DNA of 64,000 nt. Source: Balanoglossus misakiensis. Its lineage: Eukaryota; Animalia; Hemichordata. The translations under genes were made by a program, and so were the position numbers. Numbering within the stretch: position 1 is the stretch's first letter; the number at the start of each line of letters is the position of its first letter. The DNA is taken from assembly GCA_040954595.2 (NCBI GenBank), contig CM082580.2, positions 8,472,390-8,536,389 on the forward strand, read 5' to 3'. Of this stretch, positions 48,601 to 59,950 are shown in pieces. The notes under the pieces are model-generated. The model saw nothing but the letters and a program-made list of their open reading frames with translations, ran no database searches and was not told where the DNA came from.

Positions 48601-51600
48601 GAATTTTCAGAATTTGGTCATTTTTTGATAAAAACCATGGGTTATAGCCCATGAAAATCATCCAGAATCGACGATTTTTCGACTTAGCGAATTTTCAAAA
48701 TTTGGTAATTTTTTGATAAAAACCATGGGTTATAGCCCATGAAAATCATCCAGAATCGACGATTTTTCGACTTTGCGAATTTTCAAAATTTGGTCTTTTT
48801 TTGATAAAAACCATGGGTTATAGCCCATGAAAATCATCCAGAATCGACGATTTTTCGACTTTGCGAAATCTCGAAATTTGGTCATTTTTTGATAAAAACC
48901 ATGGGTTATAGCCCATGAAAATCATCCAGAATCGACGATTTTTCGACTTTGCGAATTTTCAAAATTTGGTCATTTTTTTATAAAAACCATGGGTTATAGC
49001 CCATGAAAATCATCCAGAATCGACGATTTTTCGACTTTGCGAAATCTCGAAATTTGGTCATTTTTTGATAAAAACCATGGGTTATAGCCCATGAAAATCA
49101 TCCAGAATCGACGATTTTTCGACTTTGCGAATTTTCGAATTTGGTCATTTTTTGATAAAAACCATGGGTTATAGCCCATGAAAATCATCCAGAATCGACG
49201 ATTTTTCGACTTTGCGAATTTTCGAAATTTGGTCATTTTTTGATAAAAACCATGGGTTATAGCCCATGAAAATCATCCAGAATCGACGATTTTTCAACTT
49301 TGCGAATTTTCAAAATTTGGTCATTTTTTGATAAAAACCATGGGTTATAGCCCATGAAAATCATCCAGAATCGACGATTTTTCGACATTGCGAATTTTCA
49401 GAATTTGGTCATTTTTTGATAAAAACCATGGGTTATAGCCCATGAAAATCATCCAGAATCGACGATTTTTCGACTAAGCGAATTTTCAAAATTTGGTAAT
49501 TTTTTGATAAAAACCATGGGTTATAGCCCATGAAAATCATCCAGAATCGACGATTTTTCGACTTTGCGAATTTTCAAAATTTGGTCATTTTTTGATAAAA
49601 ACCATGGGTTATAGCCCATGAAAATCATCCAGAATCGACGATTTTTCGACTTTGCGAATTTTCAAAATTTGGTCATTTTTTGATAAAAACCATGGGTTAT
49701 AGCCCATGAAAATCATCCAGAATCGACGATTTTTCGACTTTGCGAATTTTCGAATTTGGTCATTTTTTGATAAAAACCATGGGTTATAGCCCATGAAAAT
49801 CATCCAGAATCGACGATTTTTCGACTTTGCGAATTTTCGAAATTTGGTCATTTTTTGATAAAAACCATGGGTTATAGCCCATGAAAATCATCCAGAATCG
49901 ACGATTTTTCAACTTTGCGAATTTTCAAAATTTGGTCATTTTTTGATAAAAACCATGGGTTATAGCCCATGAAAATCATCCAGAATCGACGATTTTTCGA
50001 CATTGCGAATTTTCAGAATTTGGTCATTTTTTGATAAAAACCATGGGTTATAGCCCATGAAAATCATCCAGAATCGACGATTTTTCGACTTAGCGAATTT
50101 TCAAAATTTGGTAATTTTTTGATAAAAACCATGGGTTATAGCCCATGAAAATCATCCAGAATCGACGATTTTTCGACTTTGCGAATTTTCAAAATTTGGT
50201 CATTTTTTGATAAAAACCATGGGTTATAGCCCATGAAAATCATCCAGAATCGACGATTTTTCGACTTTGCGAATTTTCAAAATTTGGTCATTTTTTGATA
50301 AAAACCATGGGTTATAGCCCATGAAAATCATCGAGAATCGACGATTTTTCGACTTTGCGAATTTTCAAAATTTGGTCTTTTTTTGATAAAAACCATGGGT
50401 TATAGCCCATGAAAATCATCCAGAATCGACGATTTTTCGACTTTGCGAAATCTCGAAATTTGGTCATTTTTTGATAAAAACCATGGGTTATAGCCCATGA
50501 AAATCATCCAGAATCGACGATTTTTCGACTTTGCGAATTTTCAAAACTTGGTCATTTTTTTATAAAAACCATGGGTTATAGCCCATGAAAATCATCCAGA
50601 ATCGACGATTTTTCGACTTTGCGAAATCTCGAAATTTGGTCATTTTTTGATAAAAACCATGGGTTATAGCCCATGAAAATCATCCAGAATCGACGATTTT
50701 TCGACTTTGCGAATTTTCAAAATTTGGTCATTTTTTGATAAAAACCATGGGTTATAGCCCATGAAAATCATCCAAAATCGACGATTTTTCGACTTTGCGA
50801 ATTTTCAAAATTTGGTCATTTTTTGATAAAAACCATGGGTTATAGCCCATGAAAATCATCCAGAATCGACGATTTTTCGACTTTGCGAATTTTCAAAATT
50901 TGGTCTTTTTTTGATAAAAACCATGGGTTATAGCCCATGAAAATCATCCAGAATCGACGATTTTTCGACTTTGCGAAATCTCGAAATTTGGTCATTTTTT
51001 GATAAAAACCATGGGTTATAGCCCATGAAAATCATCCAGAATCGACGATTTTTCGACTTTGCGAATTTTCAAAATTTTGTCATTTTTTGATAAAAACCAT
51101 GGGTTATAGCCCATGAAAATCATCCAGAATCGACGATTTTTCGACTTTGCGAATTTTCAAAATTTGGTCTTTTTTTGATAAAAACCATGGGTTATAGCCC
51201 ATGAAAATAATCCAGAATCGACGATTTTTCGACTTTGCGAAATCTCGAAATTTGGTCATTTTTTGATAAAAACCATGGGTTATAGCCCATGAAAATCATC
51301 CAGAATCGACGATTTTTCGACTTTGCGAATTTTCAAAATTTGGTCATTTTTTGATAAAAACCATGGGTTATAGCGCATGAAAATCATCCAGAATCGACGA
51401 TTTTTCGACTTTGCGAATTTTCAAAATTTGGTCATTTTTTTATAAAAACCATGGGTTATAGCCCATGAAAATCATCCAGAATCGACGATTTTTCGACTTT
51501 GCGAATTTTCAAAATTTGGTCTTTTTTTGATAAAAACCATGGGTTATAGCCCATGAAAATCATCCAGAATCGACGATTTTTCGACTTTGCGAAATCTCGA

Positions 51601-54218
51601 AATTTGGTCATTTTTTGATAAAAACCATGGGTTATAGCCCATGAAAATCATCCAGAATCGACGATTTTTCGACTTTGCGAATTTTCAAAATTTGGTCATT
51701 TTTTGATAAAAACCATGGGTTATAGCCCATGAAAATCATCCAGAATCGACGATTTTTCGACTTTGCGAATTTTCAAAATTTTGTCATTTTTTGATAAAAA
51801 CCATGGGTTATAGCCCATGAAAATCATCCAGAATCGACGATTTTTCGACTTTGCGAATTTTCAAAATTTGGTCTTTTTTTGATAAAAACCATGGGTTATA
51901 GCCCATGAAAATCATCCAGAATCGACGATTTTTCGACTTTGCGAAATCTCGAAATTTTGTCATTTTTTGATAAAAACCATGGGTTATAGCCCATGAAAAT
52001 CATCCAGAATCGACGATTTTTCGACTTTGCGAATTTTCAAAATTTGGTCATTTTTTGATAAAAACCATGGGTTATAGCCCATGAAAATCATCCAGAATCG
52101 ACGATTTTTCGACTTTGCGAATTTTCAAAATTTGGTCATTTTTTGATAAAAACCATGGGTTATAGCCCATGAAAATCATCCAGAATCGACGATTTTTCGA
52201 CTTTGCGAAATCTCGAAATTTGGTCATTTTTTGATAAAAACCATGGGTTATAGCCCATGAAAATCATCCAGAATCGACGATTTTTCGACTTTGCGAATTT
52301 TCAAAATTTGGTCATTTTTTTATAAAAACCATGGGTTATAGCCCATGAAAATCATCCAGAATCGACGATTTTTCGACTTTGCGAAATCTCGAAATTTGGT
52401 CATTTTTTGATAAAATCCATGGGTTATAGCCCATGAAAATCATCCAGAATCGACGATTTTTCGACTTTGCGAATTTTCAAAATTTGGTCATTTTTTGATA
52501 AAAACCATGGGTTATAGCCCATGAAAATCATCCAGAATCGACGATTTTTCGACTTTGCGAATTTTCAAAATTTGGTCATTTTTTGATAAAAACCATGGGT
52601 TATAGCCCATGAAAATCATCCAGAATCGACGATTTTTCGACTTTGCGAATTTTCAAATTTTGGTCATTTTTTGATAAAAACCATGGGTTATAGCCCATGA
52701 AAATCATCCAGAATCGACGATTTTTCGACTTTGCGAATTTTCAAAATTTTGTCATTTTTTGATAAAAACCATGGGTTATAGCCCATGAAAATCATCCAGA
52801 ATCGACGATTTTTCGACTTTGCGAAATCTCAAAATTTGGTCATTTTTTGATAAAAACCATGGGTTATAGCCCATGAAAATCATCCAGAATCGACCATTTT
52901 TCGACTTTGCGAATTTTCGAAATTTGGTCATTTTTTGATAAAAACCATGGGTTATAGCCCATGAAAATCATCCAGAATCGACGATTTTTCGACTTTGCGA
53001 ATTTTCAAAATTTGGTCATTTTTTGATAAAAACCATGGGTTATAGCCCATGAAAATCATCCAGAATCGACGATTTTTCGACTTTGCGAAATCTCGAAATT
53101 CGGTCATTTATTGATAAAAACCATGGGTTATAGCCCATGAAAATCATCAAAAAATGACCATTTTTCGATTTTGCGAAATCTCGAAATTTCGTCGATTTTT
53201 GAAAAAAATCATGGGTTATAGCTCATGAAAATCATCAAAAAATGACTATTTTTCGATTTTGCGAAATCTCGAAATTTCGTCGATTTTTGAAAAAAATCAT
53301 GGGTTATAACTCATGAAAATCATGATAAAATGACCATTTTTCGACTTTGCGAAATCTCGAAATTTCGTCATTTTTTGATAAAAACCATGGGTTATAGCCC
53401 ATGAAAATCATCCAGAATCGACGATTTTTCGACATTGCGAATTTTCAAAATTTGGTCATTTTTTGATAAAAACCATGGGTTATAGCCCATGAAAATCATC
53501 CAGAATCGACGATTTTTCGACTTTGCGAATTTTCAAAATTTGGTCATTTTTTGATAAAAACCATGGGTTATAGCCCATGAAAATCATCCAGAATCGACGA
53601 TTTTTCGACTTTGCGAATTTTCAAAATTTGGTCATTTTTTGATAAACACCATGGGTTATAGCCCATGAAAATCATCCAGAATCGACGATTTTTCGACTTT
53701 GCGAATTTTCGAAATTTGGTCATTTTTTGATAAAAACCATGGGTTATAGCCCATGAAAATCATCCAGAATCGACGATTTTTCGACTTTGCGAATTTTCAA
53801 AATTTGGTCATTTTTTGATAAAAACCATGGGTTATAGCCCATGAAAATCATCCAGAATCGACGATTTTTCGACTTTGCGAAATCTCGAAATTCGGTCATT
53901 TATTGATAAAAACCATGGGTTATAGCCCATGAAAATCATCAAAAAATGACCATTTTTCGATTTTGCGAAATCTCGAAATTTCGTCGATTTTTGAAAAAAA
54001 TCATGGGTTATAGCTCATGAAAATCATCAAAAAATGACCATTTTTCGATTTTGCGAAATCTCGAAATTTCGTCGATTTTTGAAAAAAATCATGGGTTATA
54101 ACTCATGAAAATCATGATAAAATGACCATTTTTCGACTTTGCGAAATCTCGAAATTTCGTCGATTTTTGAAAAAAAAATCATGGGTTATAGCTCATGAAA
54201 ATCATTAAAAAGTGACCA
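39628..54218 (-). repeat. 88-bp satellite, right arm in opposite orientation (~166 monomers)
   Basis: Reverse complement of the same monomer (GCCCATGAAAATCATCCAGAATCGACG...CCATGGGTTATA). Ends in diverged monomers at ...ATCATTAAAAAGTGACCA (54218). Confidence 0.99.
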
Positions 54219-54549
54219 GTGCAACATTTGGTCAGATACTCCCTTCACCGCTTACGTGGATTTCCTTCACCGTGTTGTCTTCATCCAGACTTTAGTCGGT
54301 CTCCAGTCATTAATACCTCATCCGTGTCCATAAATTGGGTGAATCTGCCCGTTTATTTCGACTACATCATTTTCATTTTATCCGAATTTCACCCGTCTCT
54401 TCAAACACACCGACGCCCACAAAGTAGACGGGCGGTGTCGGAGATGTGTTCCCAATTACCTGGTCTTTGTTCGACGAATTAAGGGCGAGACAAACGCTCT
54501 GCTGTAGTAGTCATTCCATGCCTTGCAGTCACCAATTACTGCAGCTTCC

Positions 54550-54550
<1 letters not shown>

Positions 54551-54590
<40 letters not shown>
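54551..54590. repeat. T40 homopolymer
   Basis: 40 consecutive T, ~330 bp right of the array end. Confidence 0.95.
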
Positions 54591-54592
<2 letters not shown>

Positions 54593-57500
54593 AAACAGAG
54601 GAGTCCCCAGAGATCCACACAAAACACGTCCCGGCGGCTTTACAACTAGGTGACCTTCTGCTGAGCAAAACGCAGTCAAGACGGTTTGTCGACTTTATAG
54701 CTTAAAACTTGAAAATGGACATATTTTGATAACTGCCATAGTCTTTACTAAGTGTGAAATAAGATCATGAAAACGACGTGAAAAGACACCGCCTCTGACT
54801 GAGTCTCTAATGGCTTTTATTTTTTGACCCGAGTCTCCAGTCGTGATACATCCGCTCAATTATTTTAACCACAATCAGATGGACATGCATTCATCATACA
54901 CAGTCAAGGATACACGTTCATCACTGCAAAGGTGTTTTCATCATCTAAAGTAGGGGAAGTTTCGACGCGTTCCTACCTGCGAGGAATAAGATCATCCATT
55001 TTGAGAAGATTCGAACAAATATGCTAATGCACACACAGTGTATTAGGAAACGTGCGCATTGGTGGCGAAGACACGATCCCTGAGGCTAAGTCATTTAAGC
55101 AGGCCTCCATTTCTATATTATTTTAACCAGAAGGTTATTTTCCCCTCTGAATGAATTTGAAGAACACAATTCGCTTCAAATACATCTGGAGTCGCCAAAC
55201 GACAATGTGTGCGGTTACACAATAAATAAATTCAAAAAACACATGTCCAGCCATTTATTTATTTTTAATTCACAATACGCATACTTATCTCGTACAACAC
55301 ATGAATAAGAGGTACAAGTTAGACATAAACGGTGAGCGTAAACAAATGCTGACACCCTGTCACGTGACTCAACTGGATCGAATCATCCGTTACATGGTGC
55401 CAAAGCGCAGCTGAAGATGTCAGGCAGCACACTCGAGATAAGGATAAGTAACGTTTCAGGTGACTTTATTTTGGTCGCTGAATTACTTATGGCAAAAACA
55501 GCAAATAAAACTGCGAGGCGTTCAGAACGTACGGAGGCTGACGTCACGAAATGTTCGCACGTCGAGTATCCGTTCTGGCATTTATGGCCAAGATAGTGCG
55601 AGCCGACATAAATGAATAAATAAATTCCCCATATGTCTCCCTGATGAATTACACACATAACGATTTAATGTTGAATGCCCACTTGTCAAATGGGAACGAA
55701 CGTGAAGTACAATAGTGCAGAGGCTAGGAAATCGGGCGGTTTCGTGTTCCGCCATGAAAAATTAATGGTGGCCATCGGGATGATGCATTGGGTATACCTC
55801 ATTATAGTCACCACCCATCATCCAATTTCTGACATTTAAGGAAAATAGCCTTTGATATTTTTTGATGTATTTTTTATGCTCATTGAGCCAGAGAAATGTT
55901 CAAGGCTTGTTTTTGTTTTGTTTCGATACGACTTAAACAGTGACTCACACGGTTATTAAGTCTCATTTTCCTAATGTATACTTTTAACCCACGCAGATTA
56001 TTTCTTTCTTGTTACAAGTATCATATTTTCTTGCCTATAGCACAAGAAGTGTAATGGGCTCTGATTTCCGTTTCTTTCGAGGTAAGCGGGCGTGCTTGCT
56101 TGCTTAATCAAAGCTCGCGTTTCGTTCAATGGTCGTTCGAACTACATATTGTGACTTCTAAAACAGGAGGCATTACAGAAAGCCTTGAAAAAGAAGTAAG
56201 TATTTCCAAGTCGAGGCTATCAACTTGATCTCTTTGAGATTTAAACTTTTTAGGAAAAACAAGATGAAGTAAATGCAGGCATTTGTAGGAATTGTTCCCG
56301 CCAGCACTGCCAACACATGACTGGAACAATGGCGACTGCGCATACAAGTACAACCGAGGTTCAATTTCAAGGCAGCTTGTCTCCTATTTACCTGGCAGTG
56401 CCGTACGAGACGTGACCGTCGCTTAACTGTTTGCACGCACACAGGACCTCCGCTTCAAAGGGTACATGTACTTCGATTTCCAAGTAAACATGTTTATAGT
56501 ACCGTCTCTTTAACCGCGTTTACTCGAAGGTGTTTGAACAAAAACACTTGCGTCAGCAAGCGTTTGTGTATTACTTACCCCTCAGCAGTAATTAGGGTCG
56601 TTACAGTTCCCGTGATGTTGACGACGAGCTTGCGCTTTCAAGAGAATACTTACTTTATTTACAATATTATTGTACACCGACTTCTCGCTTCGGGCAAATG
56701 GCACCCCGATTCAGAACATGTGACTGGCGCCATCTAACGACAAGCGAAGACTTTGCAATAGTTAAAGGATGGTAATCTATACTAAACTAGATCATACTAC
56801 GAAATTAAGACAAAACACAATAAATGCGGTATCATGCGGTGGTTGTCTTATACCCCACGAGTACTGTGTACCCCCCACCATATCCACCACTTTTATTTCA
56901 TGATCCCCCCTTACAGAAGCATTGTTACATACAAATGATCTACAATTGAATTATAAGTTACAAGTACAGCATCCATGAAATATTCAATAATTAATACGCT
57001 TACTTTGAGGACATTAGATTTACATTCGACATCAAACTTCAGTATCACGAAAAAGGAAAGAAAAGGCACTGCTACATACAAAAGGATCTACTAATGAATT
57101 ATGAACTTAAATACAACGTCCATGCAAATTTTAATAACCGATAAGCTTACTTGAGGAACTTGGACATCAAACATTACTATGATGACAAAAATCGCTGTTG
57201 TAGCCATCGTGGAGTTACAACCGAGACTGACAGACAAAGGATTTCTCATTCTATATATATACGTACGAACACCTGTGACGAATACCAATCAACGGAATTC
57301 ACTTACGTAACGAATATATAGTAATTATATGCTAATCTTCGAAACGCATATAATTATCCATTTCCTGCAGGTGGACGTCGTACGAAGAGACACATGGAGG
57401 TAGCGCCCGCTAACAGAGCGGCAGACGTACGGGGTGTACTAATACATGCATTGCTATACGACGATTGACAAGAGAAGTTTTTTTTTCAAAAATCATAGCT

Positions 57501-59744
57501 TACACCTTAGCTACTGAAAGAATTTGTGTACCATTAAAATAACTACAGTACAATGCAGTGACATGTATAACCATCCTTTATTGGCCTACCCCTGAAAACT
57601 GAAAATGTATGTGTTAACTTCAGTCGGATATTTTTAAATATCTAAGAACAGTAAGAATTGAATAGCTTTCTCAATGTTTAGTGACAGTTTTATCTTGCAA
57701 ACACAGAAAACAAAATCAGAGCCCATGGCATACACCCAGAGAAAACAAAATCATTAACTTAGTCGCAAATTGCTGCTTCTTCCTTGAGGCGGAGACATTG
57801 CAACCGCCCCCTCAACGGCCATAATTACGTGTAACACAGTAGCAAAGTCAGTGCTCATATTAAATGCGTCCACTTTTCATAAAGTAGATGATTGAGAGGG
57901 AACACTGGACGCATTCATGCGCGTGTTTTGTTCACTTGTGGATTTAATCAATTGCGAGGTTACACAAAATAGGGGTATAACAAAGGCTTTTAGCATTGCA
58001 GAACCTACCTCAGTAATAATCGGCTTAGAGTGCCCACGCGTTGACAGTAGTCATCCGTTCACCCATGGCAACGGTGAAACGGTGAGGGATACAAGAGCGC
58101 ATTGTGTTAGTGACGCATCTGATGCCAACGATCGGTATATCGTGTATATAGTACACTTCATCTGCGAGATATATAATAAATTAGCCAATATGGCCTTCGC
58201 GACAACGACACAATACTACTGTTCCGCGCGCTTAAAGCGTAAACAACCAGATGTATGCCATGTTTTTCCCGACAAAATACAGTCGTCGCATAAAAAAACA
58301 CAAATTTGGGAGGATCTCAATACTCAATACGGCACTGACAGACGGCGTATAGCCGTGAAGTGTCTGACACACAATGGCGATACATGCCCGTGCAGCTGAG
58401 ACAGACAAATGAACAGATGTGCAAGAAGCGGATAGGAAAAACACCAGACGACTGAGACAGAAAAAAATGGCGGTCAGTCGACCTCGCGGAATGATTATTG
58501 TAAAGTTTTAACGTTATGCGTTATTATAAGTTTGTCTATAATGCAATAATACCGCCCCCCCCCCTCCAGTGCCGTGTACACAGTATACCGTGACACCTGG
58601 CTTGCTACCTATAGTTATGTTGAATTTGGTCAATCTATACTAAGACGACACCGGAACAGTTTGGAAGCTTCGAAAAGCTTCACACTAGCCCCAAAATATA
58701 CCACTCACGTTAACTATAGCACAGGCAACATGTGCAGTTTCATTATTTTCATACCCAAGGCCATAACCGGAGTCGTGCTTGTACACAGCAGAAGCTCTTA
58801 CATTAACACGATTGGAACTATTTTGGGACAATAACACGCGGATAAAAATCTGTGAAAAGTTCAGCGGAGTACAATGTACGTCGTACTACGCCTCCGCTGT
58901 ATTTATCATGTTCTTGTTTTCTAACAATGGCAACATTGCGACATCCTCCCCTTGTACAACAGAAAACTGCTCTTTGTATGCAATTAGCCCAAATTGGGTA
59001 CAATTGTGTATGCTGCATGATCTGGTATCCCGAAACGATCCAATATGGCCGCCTGTTGGCCCACATAGATGTAGCACGTACAGAAAAAAACGAATCAAAA
59101 AAGGAAACGGAGAAACGGGGATACCGACTTTAAATGGTTGGCGGAGAGGCAGAGGTCACTGCCACAGAGCATCGCTCAATCTACAGATTTCGCAGACCTT
59201 CGTTTACCCTCTGTAACATTAATTCGGCGATTTTAAATGGGGTAAGGGCATCTGTGTCAATCAAATAAAAGACACTCTGATTGATTGGCCGGGACGTGAT
59301 GACAAAATCGGGTCAATTGTATTTTAGCAACGGCTCTGTCAGAAGCATGGGTGGTGAATCTTTCCCCGGATTAAGACTTATGCAACCGATGGTTAGGACC
59401 ACGGGGATGAACAAAAAATACAACCGGAAAGGCATATGTGGGAGAGATTTAAACGGCATTACTATTAGTCAAACACACATGGTTACCCTCCAGCAAGTGT
59501 ATACAGTTAATGGTGAGAGTTAGTAGAATGCCATCTTTTACTGCAAACAGTATTTAGTTTTCATTATATCAGCCGTATCAGTATTATTAAGGAGTTCGCT
59601 GTATCCTGTTGATAAGAAGCCGTGGTCACGTTTTGAACAACCCGCACACACGAAGCACTTCTACGGTATTTATAGCCGGACGCGTGCGACTAATGATGAT
59701 TAGGCCACACTGAGTAGAGATATAGGCCTACGTAAGGCTTCCAG

Positions 59745-59950
59745 GAGTATGCGCCTTGAAAATCAAAGTCGTTAACCCTTTCACATATTTTGCTCAAGGC
59801 AACTTTAGATTATTCTCTCCTCACCGCCTAAAACTGAGAACAAAAATAGGAGGAGGGGCGGGGTTACGGTGCAAATTTAGAATGAGAGATCTTTCAACAT
59901 TGTCGCAAATTTGACATTCAAAATGGCCGCCAATCTGAGGCGAGTTCTAT
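59745..59950 (+). mobile_element. Probable degenerate fragment of an interspersed (DNA-transposon-derived) repeat
   Basis: agtatgcgccttgaaa...gctcaagg...ggggttacggtgcaaattt...ttcaaaatggccgcca resembles, from memory only, an abundant acorn-worm interspersed repeat. No TIR pair or TSD found here; needs a RepeatMasker/BLAST check. Confidence 0.3.

Noticed and set aside
28474-49851. Repeated ORFs (MIFMGYNPWFLSKNDQ.., MTKFRKFAKSKNRRFW..) inside the satellite
   Set aside because: They arise only where +2 or -1 indel monomers postpone the stop codon in an 88-bp (non-triplet) repeat; they mark higher-order repeats and are not genes.
24617-54218. CRISPR array interpretation of the regular repeat
   Set aside because: Monomers are contiguous and near-identical with no unique spacers, there are no cas genes, and the context is an intron-containing animal gene.
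54551-54590. T40 as the poly(A) tail of a minus-strand retroposon; poly-F and poly-K ORFs
   Set aside because: No adjacent poly(A) signal, no target-site duplication and no recognisable SINE/LINE body; treated as a simple homopolymer.
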